A stretch of DNA of 64,000 bases from Aplysia californica (GCF_000002075.1 NW_004797342.1:521640-585639), one strand, 5' to 3'. Positions 48,412-61,722 are shown, counted from the stretch's first letter. The notes: a model not told the origin generated them from the letters alone. Program-made: numbers and translations.

Positions 48412-50757
48412 CTCTTTAACTACCACAAGCCCCATTTTACGGCTTGTGCCACCCTTCATTTGCGACCGCAAGCCATGTTTTGCTGCTTGGAATTTTGGCT
48501 TCAAAATTAGCTTTTAAATTGGGAAAAAATCCAAGCACACATTTATTTGGCTAACAGAAAAGGACTTAACCTTGCGGGCGGAGCCGAAGGGTATACAAAG
48601 CAATATAACACCGGTAAATGCTCCGGAAATGAGTTTCCTTTGTATTGTGCGCAAATTCGGAATCTGTACCTATTTTTCACTACTTTTATGAATGCAATTT
48701 CGACTCTGTGTTCTTTTCAAATATTTTGCGCCGTCAAGATGGATGCCTCTACATTTACACTAGCGACTCAGCGACAATCTAATGCAAATATTCAATGATT
48801 ACAGGATGAAATCTATAATGACTTTGATGGTGAGAATGAGAGTTCTGGAACTAGTGGTGAAATAAGTGTGCCAGTTGTTGATGAATCGAATATTATAGCT
48901 CCTGAACCGATTCAACAAACAGGCACTAACCATGTTTCAAATCTGATGAGAATGAAGGATGGATTTGTGAGTCGACCCCACCAATTGCTGAGCATTGACT
49001 GGTCAATCACAAGTAAAAATGCCTCTGAGTGATGATCCTCAGCCTTTTGAATTTTTAAGTAATTTCATAAGTGAAGAGACAATTCAGGACTGGTGTAACC
49101 AAACCAATAATTATGCTGCTCAAAAAGGAGATGTGACATGAGATCTGCCACCCAACTCCCGTATTCTCAGCTGGAAAGAAATAGCCCAAGGTGAGATGAG
49201 AGCCTTTTAAGCTCTGATAATTGCCACAGGAGTTGGAAAAAAAGATGATTTGGATAAAATTTTGTCTACAGATTCAATCATCCACACGCCTTTCTTCTCG
49301 ACGCACATGTTTCTCAAACGTTTTGAGAACATTCTGTCATATTTCCATCTTGTTGACAACAGAGGTGATGACAAAACCGATTCTTTGTTCAAAGTCAGAC
49401 CATTCCTTGTCCACCTCAGACAAAAGTTTGTAGATGCGTACTCACCAGGATAAAATCTCAGTTTCGATGAAGCTACATGAGATTTCAAAGGCCGCCTTTG
49501 TTTCAAGGTCTACAATCCAAAAAACAGCCAAGTTCGGAAAAAAATATATGAAGTCTGTGAGTCTGAGTCTAGGTATTTGTTGGCTATGAATGTTTATTAC
49601 GGGGCAGAAGCTTCTTTGGTTAGTTCGTCAGAGTAGTGTAGTACCACAACTAAGCTAGTAGTAAGATTACTCGCTTACTGTTGACTGCTAAACCAAGGGC
49701 ACCATGTCTACTTAAACAACTATCACGTGTCACCGGAACTCTTGGATGAGCTGTATCGACTTGGCACTGGTGCATGCGGCACAGTGAGGACCAACAGAAA
49801 AGAAATGCTTGATGCAATAAAGAAAAAAGCTAGTATCAAGCTCTCACAAGGAGAAATAATTTTTAGGCAGAGAGACAACTTACTTGTCCTCAGACATATG
49901 GACAAGCGAGACATTCATAAGCTGTCCACCATCCACGACGCAAATCTCGTCTCTCTTACCAAAAAGGACCACGAAGGCAACCCAACAGTAAAACCTGAAG
50001 TGATTGTTCAGTAGGTAAAGAACATGGGAGGGGTGGATCTCAGTGACCAACTGATGAGGAACTATGCATGCATTCGATGGTCTGTCAAACGGTGGAGGAA
50101 ATTTTTCAGGCACTTTTTTGCGCTATATTATGCAATTCTTATATTTTGTACAAGAAGACAGTTAGAATCCTGTCGATCACTTTGAATTTAGGAGCCAGAT
50201 TGTAAAATATTTGCTGTTGGCTGTACCAGGAAATCCCAGACCCTCCAGTAGTGGCAGGAAATTATCTGAGGTGCCAGAGAGACTGAATCGAAATTTTCCT
50301 CACTTTCAACAGTTGTGAGCCGAAGCCTGGAGCCAAGCAACAGAAATCGATGAGAGACTGTGTGGTATGCAATGTTCCCAAATCTGCCAGAAATGGCTGC
50401 AAAAGGACACAAACATCTTTTGAATGCAAGCACTGCAAGGTTTTCCTCTGCATTCCCAAGTGCTTTGAAGTTTTTCACACAAAATTGGAGTACAAACCGA
50501 GAAATAAATGGAGAATTTCTCGTAGATCAGCACAAAGTGAGTACAAAAATCTTTTTTGCTTGTTAGGCTGCTAGGAGTAGTGTTCATGTTATAGTTCATT
50601 TATTTATCACTATTTTTGTTCATGATATGTGTGTTTATCTTTTATAGGTTTTTTAAAACAATGTTTTTTAACACCACTGGGTCATAATAGAATAGCCTCA
50701 AAATAATCCACCACTGAGGGGAACAACTGTAGCCTTGATAATCCACCACCTAAAGAG
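48412..50757 (+). mobile_element. Decayed piggyBac (PGBD4-like) transposon
   Basis: TTAA-ctcttta...taaagag-TTAA; KVRPFL, SFDE, GTGACGTVRTNRK, MGGVDLSDQL and a C-terminal CVVC...CKHCKVFLC...CFEVFH domain; many stops. Confidence 0.88.
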
Positions 50758-50761
50758 TTAA

Positions 50762-51977
50762 CTCTTTCCAGACACATCGCCAATATATCGGCAAGAATCC
50801 ACACTCCTTGCGGACATATTGCCAATGTATCGGCAATGATGACGTTCCATCCTCTGTCTTATTTCATTTTAACTTCATCTGTCATTCACGAGGACTTATT
50901 ATTGCTACTAGAGAACTTGGAAAAGATTTACGAAACGAAAATATCCCCCCTTTTTTTTGTTTTGATCAAAGCGTCAGTTACGTGAAATATGACTGAATTT
51001 CAACATTCAGATCGAAATCAGCGAAAGAAGTAAATGGATCTAGGGTGGAGATATTATTGAGGAAAATATGGACTTCCGTTCCTCCCTCTTTTGAAAAAAT
51101 GCATCTGGGCCTGAAAGCACCACTTGATGATGATCTGTCCCCCCTTGATTGTTTTCTTACATTACTAAACACAGCCATCACTGATGAGCTCATCAAAAAT
51201 GTAAATGAATGTGTATCGTTTAAGATCCAAACAACTTCTCCAACCAAGATATCAGCGAACAATGAATGGAAGCACAGATTGCTTGTACAGATTTCTACCA
51301 ATTCCTGGCACTGATTATTGCCATGGGACACTTGTCTCAAAGTGATATGAAGAAGTACTGGAGTACGGTAACCACAAAAACAGTGTGATTTAAGCTGACG
51401 TTTCCGCAAACAAAATTTCTCTTGATATATCAATCAAAATTGCACGCGTCTCATCCTGACAACGATAATGCAAACATTAAACCTTTTGAGACAAGCCTCA
51501 TGGGGAGTTTCAAGGAAGCTTTTTATCTGTATGACAAACTGTTCCTTGATGAAATGGTGACTAGGCTTCATGGGCAGGTTCCATGCCAAACAGTACAATG
51601 CCAGCAAACTCCCATAAACACCTTATAAAGACCTTTGATATTGGCAATTCTGTCATGAGGTAGGCGTATAACATTTTTATCTACTTCGGTGCACGAACTG
51701 CATACAACATTGAGACTGATCCAACATCCTCCCAAGGCATCAAAGTGTTTACAACACAGCTAAAAGATCTGCCTGGCCGCCACCATCTGTATGCCCACAG
51801 ATGTTGCACCCTTCCACTCATCAAGGTCCATCGTCAACAAGGGACAAAAACTGCACTGGTACAGTGGACGCCAAACGTAGAGGCCCGCCACACCAGCTCA
51901 AGGAGCAGCCAACGCAATTCAGAACACCTCACTGGTTCTCTGATGAATCAAAGAAAGTCCTCCTGGTAGCCAAAGAG
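50762..51977 (+). mobile_element. Second, internally deleted piggyBac
   Basis: TTAA-ctcttt...aaagag-TTAA; SPLDCFL, LFLDEMV and GTVDAKRRG remnants. Confidence 0.7.
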
Positions 51978-52504
51978 TTAATCTGCCGTGAGTTCTTTGC
52001 TGTGGCGTTGTCCCTGATTTAATCTGCCATAATTTGAGTCACTATTTGTGTTCGTTTATCCTGTTTTCTTTATCATCAACTATTTCACAAATGAGCTCTA
52101 CATGCTATTTACTTTCTACTTTCTAAAAATGTACAAGTTTATGGCATTTACTTGCTCAGGTTTTTTCCAGCATAATATGGTGAAAACATATAATTTCCTC
52201 TGACACCACAGTCTATTTATAATATTATCAACACTAGCAGGGTTAACACAAACACCCAGGTATACGCTTGGGACCCTTCACAATCTTGGGGAGGTATAAC
52301 AAAAAAGATCATTGAGCCAATGCTGATACTGAAACCCTGACATCAGTTCACAAAAATGATATTCAGAATAATATTCTGATACATGAATTAAGATCACAAC
52401 AAAGCAGAGAACATGGTTAAAAGTTCAGTTGCCATAGAATAAGTTCAATAAGATAAGTGGGAAACCTGCATTGACGTTTTCATATGCAGGGAATAGGAGT
52501 GGAT

Positions 52505-52791
52505 CTATGGACAGGTACTGTTATTATTACTGTTGTTACTACCCTCAGCATTCATCACACTGGCCACCTGACTGGCATCTGACGTTTGAGCAGGAGAGGG
52601 CATCGGTTGACAGCTGTGGTCAGTTGATGGAGGCATCTGTTCTGGACCTACAGCTGGGACGCCTGTAGGTATGTGTGCAGCGGCCCCCTCTGATGGAGGA
52701 GGCCCATACTGAAACTCTGAGTACGGAGGCGGGGCAGGTTCACTGATCGGGTCCACCTGTGGTCCTTGTGGACTGTACATCATTTGGCCGT
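52505..52791 (-). CDS. WBP1/VOPP1-like last coding exon (DGQMMY...APPPYSE...STCP*)
   Basis: cttccag acceptor; PPPY motif; TAG stop. Confidence 0.9.
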
Positions 52792-55061
52792 CTGGAAGAA
52801 TTGATAAAGAACACATTCATCCCTTTGAAAGTTGGGTTTTTAAAAAGTTTTGGCGAGAGTTTTATGGCACTGGCAAAACAATAAGGTCATATAAATGGCG
52901 AAGATTAGCGGTGTTACAAGAGAGAAAACAAACACAAAAAAGGAGGAGAAATAAGGATGACAGATGTTTGATAGGAGAGAAGGAGCAGACCACACCAGAG
53001 CACCCACTAACCACCCACTCTTTGAAAGAAAAAACAAACAGGCATGACATGTAATTTCCAATTTAAGCTCAGGTGAAACCCTGCTAAAAAAGTCTAAACC
53101 AAGCTGAAGTTCTCCATCAAAAGAAGAAGTCTAGCAAAACATACAGTAAAGGGTAATCATCTTCACAAGAAAGAAAATAAGCTTGCGCACTGTCATCGAG
53201 CTAAAAAAGTTTTGGTAATATGACATTCACTTTGTATTATCATACATACAGAATTCTGCCAAACAATGAAAAATCATAACTATTCAATACTAAAAACTGC
53301 CTTGTCTGAGATGGTAGTTAAACAACCACCAAGTGAAATTAAAAATTTAAATAAAACTACTCACAAAAAAAATTAAAAATTCTGGAATCATAAAATGACT
53401 GTCACCCAAAAAAATATTTGTCGCACCATTGACCCTGCTTTTCAGAATGAGTACAAAATGTTAGAATTAGATCTCCACCATTCTACTTGTGACTGCAACA
53501 ACAAGATGGTTTGTACATTAAAGAACATTTTATGGCCATAAGATCTACATCATAAGCTTATCACAAAAACTTAACTCAGAAAAAAAGTGCAATATAAATT
53601 TATGACTGGGAGGCTTACAACATAAAATGTAGTTGGAAGACCAGCTGTGAGCAGGGCACCTACTTCAGGAGTGATTCGAATGTCAATGCAGCTCTATTCA
53701 TTTATTTGAACAATGAATTCAAGGAGGCTGAGAGTAGAACAAGCGTCTTCTCAAAAACAAAATTACAGTAAAACTCGGATACAACAAACTTGGATTCACT
53801 GAAAAGAGAAGGACTCCCTCATTTTATAATTAGTTGAAATCAACAAAATAATTCTGATTCGGCAAAGACATAAAATGAGTAAACCTAGATTTAACCAAAT
53901 CGTTTGACGGGTAAACAGCCCTCGATTCCCGCATTTTTCTCCCTCAATGAAGCTTATCTGCTCTATTCCAAGGGACCATCGATCGCATTCATCGTGGATC
54001 GTTATACACTTAGCTGGCCTGTTGCGTACATCTTATGCGACCAATCAGAAACCTTTTTTCACACCAACATGTGCCTCGCCGACCCGTGTGTGAGACATGA
54101 CATGTGTGCAAGGGTTGAGAGAAGTCAGATGGATGACCAGCACACATGTGACTGTTAGTGCGTATGTTTAATCTCAGGAGGGGGGGGGGGGAGCAGGCCT
54201 AGGCACAAATGTTCCCAGGAGGTACAGATGTGTGAAATATAACTAGGTAATTAACTTCATAGTTCATCAGTGGAACCCAATGCTGCCATTATGCTAGACC
54301 CTACACTGCAACACGATTTATAGCTCACATTGCTGTAACGAATACTTGGATTCAATGGAATTGAAAGTCAGACTCGATGACTTGGTTATATTTAAGTTTT
54401 ACTGTACTGATAAGCTCTGTGAGCTGCTTCTCATTCCTCCCACCTATTTCTTCAGATGACTTCTTTTTACAGTCCAATACAATATTTAGTCAAAGCTTAT
54501 CCATTAACTAATATTAACAAAAACTTTGAAAAATAACAAAAAATACACCCCTCCCAAAAACAAAACCAAAAAAAAAACCCACAAAAAAACGCACAAAGCC
54601 AAACAGTAACTGCATGAGCACAATACAACCCTTGACAGACATATTTCTTGAATTTGAAATCAATAGCACATTAATTAACATCCTTCCATGGAAAGAACTA
54701 ATTACAAAAATCATAGAAAGCTTGATGACTGCAGGGTTAGACCATAAGAACCTTACCTGGCTTCACAAGACCTGGATAAGGTGGCAATTCTACTTTATTC
54801 GGAGGATACATGGCCGGCTGACTCATAACCTGTCAATGAGATAGATGATGATTTTAATAATAATTATGTCAAGTTACAGCAAAACATCAAACATAAACCT
54901 AACAAAGTTCACCAAAGTCACTAATTATTCAAGTTTATCCAATTTTTTTACACTTTTTATATATCATCCAAACTTTGATGCGCAGCACAGCATGAACCCC
55001 CCCCCCCCCCCCACCCCAAAGAAAAGCCTCTGAACAATCTTTGCATTTCATCATAATATAA

Positions 55062-55133
<72 letters not shown>

Positions 55134-58100
55134 ACTTTCAAGGCAATGAGTACAAAATCAGTGTTCATCACAATACTGAGGACCAAGAACCAAGTATCAA
55201 CATAAACAGTCAGAACATAAACTTCAGTTGAGTGTGTGCTCCAGCTCATATTGTTCAATGAACATATGCTGATAAATAAATAAATAAAGGCTGTCTGATT
55301 TCACGGTGTGAAGTAATCCATCAAGACATCTTACTCCATAAAGGCAGCACTGGCAATATTACAAACTACTTTGATCTAAAATATATATAAATTGCATCAT
55401 GGATGGCCTGACCTTTCAAACATACTTTTCAATACTGTCCAGCCAAACCCCATTATACCACCAACATTGGGACCAGCATGAAGTAGAGTTGGGGCGAGCG
55501 GACGAACGGGCTCGTTACTCCTGGACTCAGTCAGAGCGAGCGGGTAACAGACGCCCATGCGAGTGGACTGCATGCCTCAAGACAGATAGTTTTTCGGGTC
55601 CGCTCGACGATTTTATTCACTGAGCGGGCGGGCAAATGGATGAACTCTAGCAGACAATATTCTCGACGCAAGGTTAGGCCCATCGTCTATTGTTTGTTAA
55701 TTAGGTCTAATGTTTCAAGCCACTAGCAGTGCCACAGGGAGTGAGAGAGGCTAGTGATGTAGTACTACGGGTGTAACCTTTCACCTCGTGTGTGGGTCAC
55801 ACTGTGTACCATCCAATTTATCGCGCCGGCGATGTTTAGAGAAGAACTTTTTTCCGGGGGGGTGGGGTAGACGAATTTCCGCCATGAATGCCTTGCTACA
55901 ATGTGTGGCAGGAGGGTGATTTTCAAATTAATTTTTTAAGGGGGAAGGGGGAGAGGAATAGTGTAAGCAGTATGCAACAGAAGGAGTCACTCCCCATCTG
56001 TCCGTCCGCCCGCACGAATGAATGGAGGCTCTCCGTCTGCCCGCTCACTAAACGAACTGTTGTCTCTGTCTAATGTGTAGCGAGTAGCAAACTAGATCTA
56101 CTTTTCACAAGCGAACAGCTCATTACCCGCCCGCTCGTTTGCGAGTAGTGCCAGCGATCCATTCGTTACTCGTGGACACTGATTTAGCGAGCCCGACCCA
56201 ACTCTAGCATGAAGTTGGCAGTATATGGGAGGTTGGTGACGTCAAAGGAAATGATTCTGCCGTGACTAAATTTAGGACAATGTTATAATTAGTTATTTCC
56301 CTTGGTTCAAACCGCGACACTTGTCCACCAGGCTTCCCATATTGTTATAACTAGCTCAGAAATTCCGGTATTGGAGTAGGAAGGGAAAAATCACTGCGCA
56401 GCTGCAGAGTGAGTGCCATGTACAGTGTGCACGTCTGGCCACCAATTTGCTGGTAATGTTGCCCGACAAATTTATATTAGTTAAATAAGGACTAAAAAGT
56501 TGTTTCTGCATCCGATCCGGACATTGGGGATTGCCTTGTTACTGAGACAACTTCCTGGGCTTTCAACATATTGTGGTAGGGTGGCCAGTTCCTTTCCACG
56601 CCGTCTTTACTCCCCCAACTCGAAGTCAGGGACCCATTACTGCTGGGCTGGGAGGGCAGGAGGGGGTTGCGCACTAACCGCCCCGCCACTGCACCCTCTA
56701 AATAAGGACTACTCTTGGCAATTTAAAGGGGTAAATTGTGTGTTTATATAAAAGTTCTTCATGCATGTGCACAACCTGGCAGCACAAGGGGACAGGGGGG
56801 GGGGGGGGGGGGTTTAAACAGGGCTTGACAGTGTTTTTCCTATCAGCCCACCAAAGAAATTTGCAACCACTTTAATAAGACCCTAAAAACATACACATTT
56901 TAAATGCAAGTAATAGAATTTTAACAAGGTCTGATTAAAATACAATGAATATAATATGAAGTCAAACACGCAAGTATAGAGAACACGCCTGTAGCGAAAC
57001 ACACATATATATGTATACAGTAAACAGATTTTCTGGTTCGAAATTAAAAAAAAATTTTTGATCATAACCCACCCAGCACTAACACCGAAATTATCGGTAG
57101 GCATGCGCAATGCTCTAACCCTAACAGTGACAGTATCGGTAAGGAAAATTTTGCTCTCGTGACCGAAAACACTACTTTTGTATGAAGCAGGCTATAGCTT
57201 AATTGGAAGAGTAACTACTTTTCATTTGAAACAGACTTCGACCAGAAGTGCAAGCCCAAATTCAGAACAAAGAAAGCTATATTCGTAAACCATGTAACTT
57301 GTAAGGGGGTGCGAATTTTAAATGCACTTCCTTTCTTCACTTTTGGTTTACTTTTTAACTCTGTATATATATATATATATATAGCTTTTTCCACGGAGTA
57401 TTGCATAAAAATTATGACACATTTTGTCTTCAAATTTTCAATACACACAAATAAAGGTTTGAATAAAATGTGTACCAAATTTGGAAAGCATATGTTAATA
57501 TTTAGTACTTTTTTCAATTTTTCAAAAAGTGGTAAAAATATCTAGGGAGAGTTGACAGCCCAGAAGTGTAGGCCTAGGGTTGAGTGAGTTAAAGATGTAC
57601 ATTTTAAAAATTCAAAACAAGTACTTAGCAAAATTTCAAATATGACGAAAAGATTTCAGCATCCCATTGACTTTGCTATATGAATGTTTCCGTATAGAAA
57701 TTCTTTTAAAAATTTTAAAATCTCTTACAACCCCCCCACAAAAAAAATCTTGAGCCCACAACATAAACTAAACAACAACAAAAATCGTTCACCTCGGCAT
57801 ATGCAGGAGGCAAGCCAGATGTCTCTGGTGGTATAACACCGGGTCCATTGTAAGCAAAGTAGTTGTATGCCGCTGTGTTCCTGCTCTCTTGGTTGGCGCG
57901 TCGCTGGCGGCCGTGTCGCTGCAGGGACAACACGTGTCGCGGTGTGGGCCGGAGGGGCGGGCTGGGACTTTGGGTGAGTAGAGCCAGCCGCCGCCGTCGG
58001 TAGTAGCCACAGCCGCCAAAGCATGACATCATCATGAAAATGATCAAGAACCTGTCACAGGGACAAAGATGTCATAGTTTTAGTAAGACATTTTATGGCA

Positions 58101-60412
58101 TTTGCAACAGAAATAGGTCATGTACGCGCCAAAGATTGCAGGTGTTACTTGAGAGTAATATATAAAGAAAAAGAGGAGAGACAAGAATGATAGATTTTGG
58201 ATAGGAAAGAAGGAGCAGGGACAAAGAAAATGATAGAAATTTTTATGGGTCTGGTTCATCATCTCGAGAAATAAAATAAGATTGTGAATGAGCCGTAGAA
58301 TAAAAGCAGGTTTTTCCACAAAAACTTATGAAGTAAAAAACTTCAGTGAAAAGCACTAAGAATTTTTAACACATGATTTCTGAGATATAATAAGAAAGTA
58401 TGAAAAATTCCTGTCTTTCCTTTCGTCTAAAAAAACCCACCACAATTTAAAAGATGCATTAAGAATTGGACATGCATGACAGTATACAAACAAACAAAAA
58501 CAAAAATATTTATCTTAAACATTAGTTAAATTTTACGGAAAACAATGCATGGTTAAAAAAACAAAAAACAAATGTGAGGCAGCAAGGAGAGCTCAGGCAC
58601 TCATCAAAATATAATGAAATCGAAGAAACAGACATTTTTTTGCCACTTTGGTAATTTTTATTGAATTTTTCGTTTTGGGTTTAAGCATCTTTAATGTTCA
58701 TTCATACATTTCTGTTTTGATTTTACTGAAATACATAGATCAAATTGACAAAAAATGTAAATTAGCAGTTTCCAAGGACACTGCATTATTGGAAGTCATT
58801 TACTTGACATTTTACCTCTGACACCAAAAGACCCCATCTCCTTCAAACGCGAATAATATCTCGACTTCCATTCAAGATAGATGGGAATTTTTTTTTCTCT
58901 TAAAGCAAAAAAATGAACTGGCCTTTACATTATTATACCAATAATACCAGATGCCAAAAAAATGGAAGAGCCCTTGATTTCACAGCATCGTGACACAATA
59001 GATTTCTCAGACCATAATGAAAAACTCTGCTTACTTGTTGACCAAATAATTTATAACAAGTTATTTTTCACCAAACTACTGAAAACGGCATTCCAGTTTT
59101 AGCAGAACCAAATCATATTGGAAAAGGGAGCACTCTCACTTACCAGAAGTACCACATATTCCAGATCTGCAAGCGGAAATGCTTGCTGTGATGAAGCATA
59201 CTGTCATAGCAGCAACCTCTCTTTGTCTCACAACATCTGTATGGTGAATCGCAGCTGAAAAGTACAAGTGCCAAGGTAAAGAAAAAGATTTATTACAGCT
59301 TTCCACTGTAATCACAGGTGTTGTCACACAATTTTCATCCTTGACAATTGTGTATGGCAGAGAGAAGAAAGATTCTGATTTGCATCTCAAAAGAACAAAC
59401 TACATTTCTAAAGTCTGCTAAGAAAAAAATTAAACTTTGTCTTTGCTTCTCAGAAGTCCCCAAAACATTGGCAAAATGTATCTACAACAGCACCCATACA
59501 AACACTAAGCATTTTTTAAATCTCATTTTAAAAGTGAACATACAATAGTCTCCTCCTGAGATCCCATCCCTTATGATCATAGTTCGCTTAATATCCCTGT
59601 TTTAAGAAAACGATCCCCGTTTTAAGAAAACAGGATTTTTACTAAACAAAAGTCACCCCTAAGATCCCACTCTGAAGGGCTATATTCTGCTAAGCTCCCG
59701 TATTTCAGATCACAATTTTTGGAACAAAAACCCAGGTGGGCGCAGCTGATCAACCACCAAGCGAAAATTTGCAATCATTGTACTGCCTGTTGTGTCACAG
59801 TTCAGCCACTCTCATGAATGTGATCATATCTCTGTTGTCACGATTAAACGACCATAAGCACACTAAATGAAAGAGTCCGCGATCTGCGAATGTGGACACG
59901 ACCAAGAAGATGCCGACCACATCCTTCAACACCGTCCGCACAACGCCACCCTTCGTACAGAATCGTGGCATTAAATGGTACAATGTTTACTCCGGAAGGA
60001 ATCACACTAAGGTGTAATTTCGCCAAAAGGTAGGTTTTCCCCAAACATCGCACTCGCATCTGAGCTCTCTACTTGACCTTACATCACAAGCGGGGTGGAC
60101 AAGGCTTACAAGGTGCAGTTTTGTGAAAAAAAAAGGGGACAGTAGACAGCAGGTAACACTGTGACTACCACGCTGTTCAAGGCCAAATATCATTACATTC
60201 CCTCTAGCCTAAGGTGGGATGACATTGTGGATATACAGTGAATTTACAGGAACAGGAATTTACAGGAATCATTGCACATAAAAAAAAGATAAATTGCCTT
60301 ACTATTCAAGTCCCAAATTACAACTTAAAAGTAAACTAAGCGTTGTACTTAAGTACATGATAAAAATATTAACTACTCACAAGAGCTCATCTCCACAATA
60401 GTCAGCAAAAGC
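52505..60412 (-). CDS. WBP1/VOPP1-family single-pass PPxY membrane protein, 5'-partial: complement(join(60381-60412,59144-59254,57793-58051,54757-54829,52505-52791))
   Basis: Spliced translation AFADYCGDELFCDSPYRCCETKRGCCYD...IWNMWYFWFLIIFMMMSCFGGCGYYRRRR...LPPAYAE-VMSQPAMYPPNKVELPPYPG...APPPYSEF. This gives a Cys-rich ectodomain, a WYFWFL TM signature as in VOPP1/WBP1, a basic stop-transfer and PY motifs. All junctions are GT-AG and in phase. The start/signal-peptide exon was not identified. Confidence 0.9.
52850..53000 (-). mobile_element. Old SINE/LINE 3' fragment (family D)
   Basis: Homologous to 58085-58225; the minus strand ends atatgacc...gtgccataaaac, like the LINE tail. Confidence 0.6.
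53766..54404. mobile_element. Tigger/pogo-type MITE
   Basis: TA-cagtaaaact...agttttactg-TA. Confidence 0.75.
54757..54829 (-). CDS. WBP1/VOPP1-like exon (VMSQPAMYPPNKVELPPYPGLVKP)
   Basis: gacag acceptor, CAG|gtaagg donor, 73 nt; bridges phase 0 to phase 1. Confidence 0.88.
55065..55128. repeat. (TA)n microsatellite
   Basis: Direct reading. Confidence 0.95.
55484..56206. mobile_element. hAT-type MITE (723 bp)
   Basis: tagagttggg.cg.gc TIRs and a perfect 8-bp TSD gcatgaag (55476-55483, 56207-56214). Confidence 0.88.
56490..56670 (-). mobile_element. Nin/Deu-domain-like SINE fragment
   Basis: Minus strand reads cccagcagtaatgggtccctgac...aagacggcg..gaaaggaactggccacc. Confidence 0.55.
57793..58051 (-). 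CDS. WBP1/VOPP1-like exon (TM end to LPPAYAE)
   Basis: gacag acceptor, GAG|gtgaac donor, 259 nt. Confidence 0.9.
58085..58225 (-). mobile_element. Old SINE/LINE 3' fragment (family D)
   Basis: Homologous to 52850-53000. Confidence 0.6.
58573..58997 (-). mobile_element. MITE family C, degenerate copy
   Basis: Body matches 44164-44607. Confidence 0.65.
59144..59254 (-). CDS. WBP1/VOPP1-like exon (CDSPYRCC...WYF)
   Basis: ttttcag acceptor, gtaagt donor, 111 nt. Confidence 0.9.
60381..60412 (-). CDS. WBP1/VOPP1-like 32-nt exon (AFADYCGDEL)
   Basis: tttgacag acceptor, gtgagt donor, phase 0-2 fits the next exon. Confidence 0.8.
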
Positions 60413-61722
60413 CTGTCAAATGAAAATTTTAATAGAATTAACCATCAATGGAGTAAATAAACCTATGGAATTTATAATCATGCTCTTTAAGATCAGTAGT
60501 TAGTGCGAGCATGGCAAGGTTAAGGAAATAAGAGCAAAGAAATTAATAATTTTGAAAACAAAAGTGTTCAAACAAATTCTTACATAATAATGAAGCATTA
60601 AAATTAATAAAAGGTGCAGAAAAGCTTTGAAAGCTAGCAAGACCACAGAGATCCACCAAAAACTTTATCACACAAATTATATTAAACACCAGTTTGAAGC
60701 TCATTAAAACCACATTCCTCCAATGACTAGATTACTCACTTGCAACTGTTGTTACAAATACCATTCATACTAAATCTAGTATGATTAATTATCAGCCTCA
60801 ACAATTTCAGCCACTAGCCTACCATTTAAATAACATTTTTTTTAAACATACTGGTACAGAACAAACAAAATAAATTATATACAAACACTCAGACTAGGCC
60901 AGGTCATTGGCTATGACAATCATAGGTTTTCCTTTCCTCTCCCCCCCCCCCCCCCCCCCAAACCAAAATGAAATTGCTTTCCTTGAAATAATCCATAATC
61001 ATAACAAACTGTAGGATAAAGCTTTGAGTCTACACAAAAACCATTATAAATTCACATAACCTGAATTCAAGGCCCAACAAAATAATATAATTCGACACAT
61101 AGTTTTTCGTCCAATAATTTTTAACCTGACTTCTCATTGTGTAGCTAAATTTAGTGTGAGTCTTCTCAATAACAGTCACCGTTTCACATATCACCAGACA
61201 AAGATCGCAACAATTACAAAAGCAAAGCCAAATTGAAAAGAAGCAGCAGAATTAGACCACAATTGTTCCAATTCTAGCTCTGTGAATTCACAAATGCCGT
61301 CTTCGATTAAATGGTTTTAAACAAGTATCAATGAATACAAATCACAAAACAAGCATTTTATTTTAATTCAGTTGGTCCATCTCACATAGCACACTTACTG
61401 AAGCATTGGAGGATATTGCTCCATTATGAACAAAAAACATAACGAAAGAGAGGAGGTGTGAAGTTCAGCCACTTATGCATGAATCTTAAGCTGTCAAAAT
61501 CAAAAATAGCTTAGATCTACACCCTACACCACAATGATAACATGTGATGACAAACATATTCTTTATGCAAAACGAGTGAAAGGTGTGCTGGCACCGACTT
61601 CAAACAAAATTAAATCTGACAAGTTTATAGACAGGAGAATCAAAGTCACAGCAAAAGCAAGCAGAACAAGTACCCTGCAGCATGAGTCTGTATTGATTCC
61701 CTTCTCCCCCCCCTTTACACTC

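Larger units (their letters stand above)
48386..52242. mobile_element. Outer piggyBac-type non-autonomous element containing two inserted piggyBacs
   Basis: TTAA-ccctcctagtgtcaata ... tatcaacactagcaggg-TTAA. Confidence 0.75.

Noticed and set aside
48739-50574. Domesticated PGBD gene
   Set aside because: Numerous stops and frameshifts, and it retains TTAA-flanked termini.
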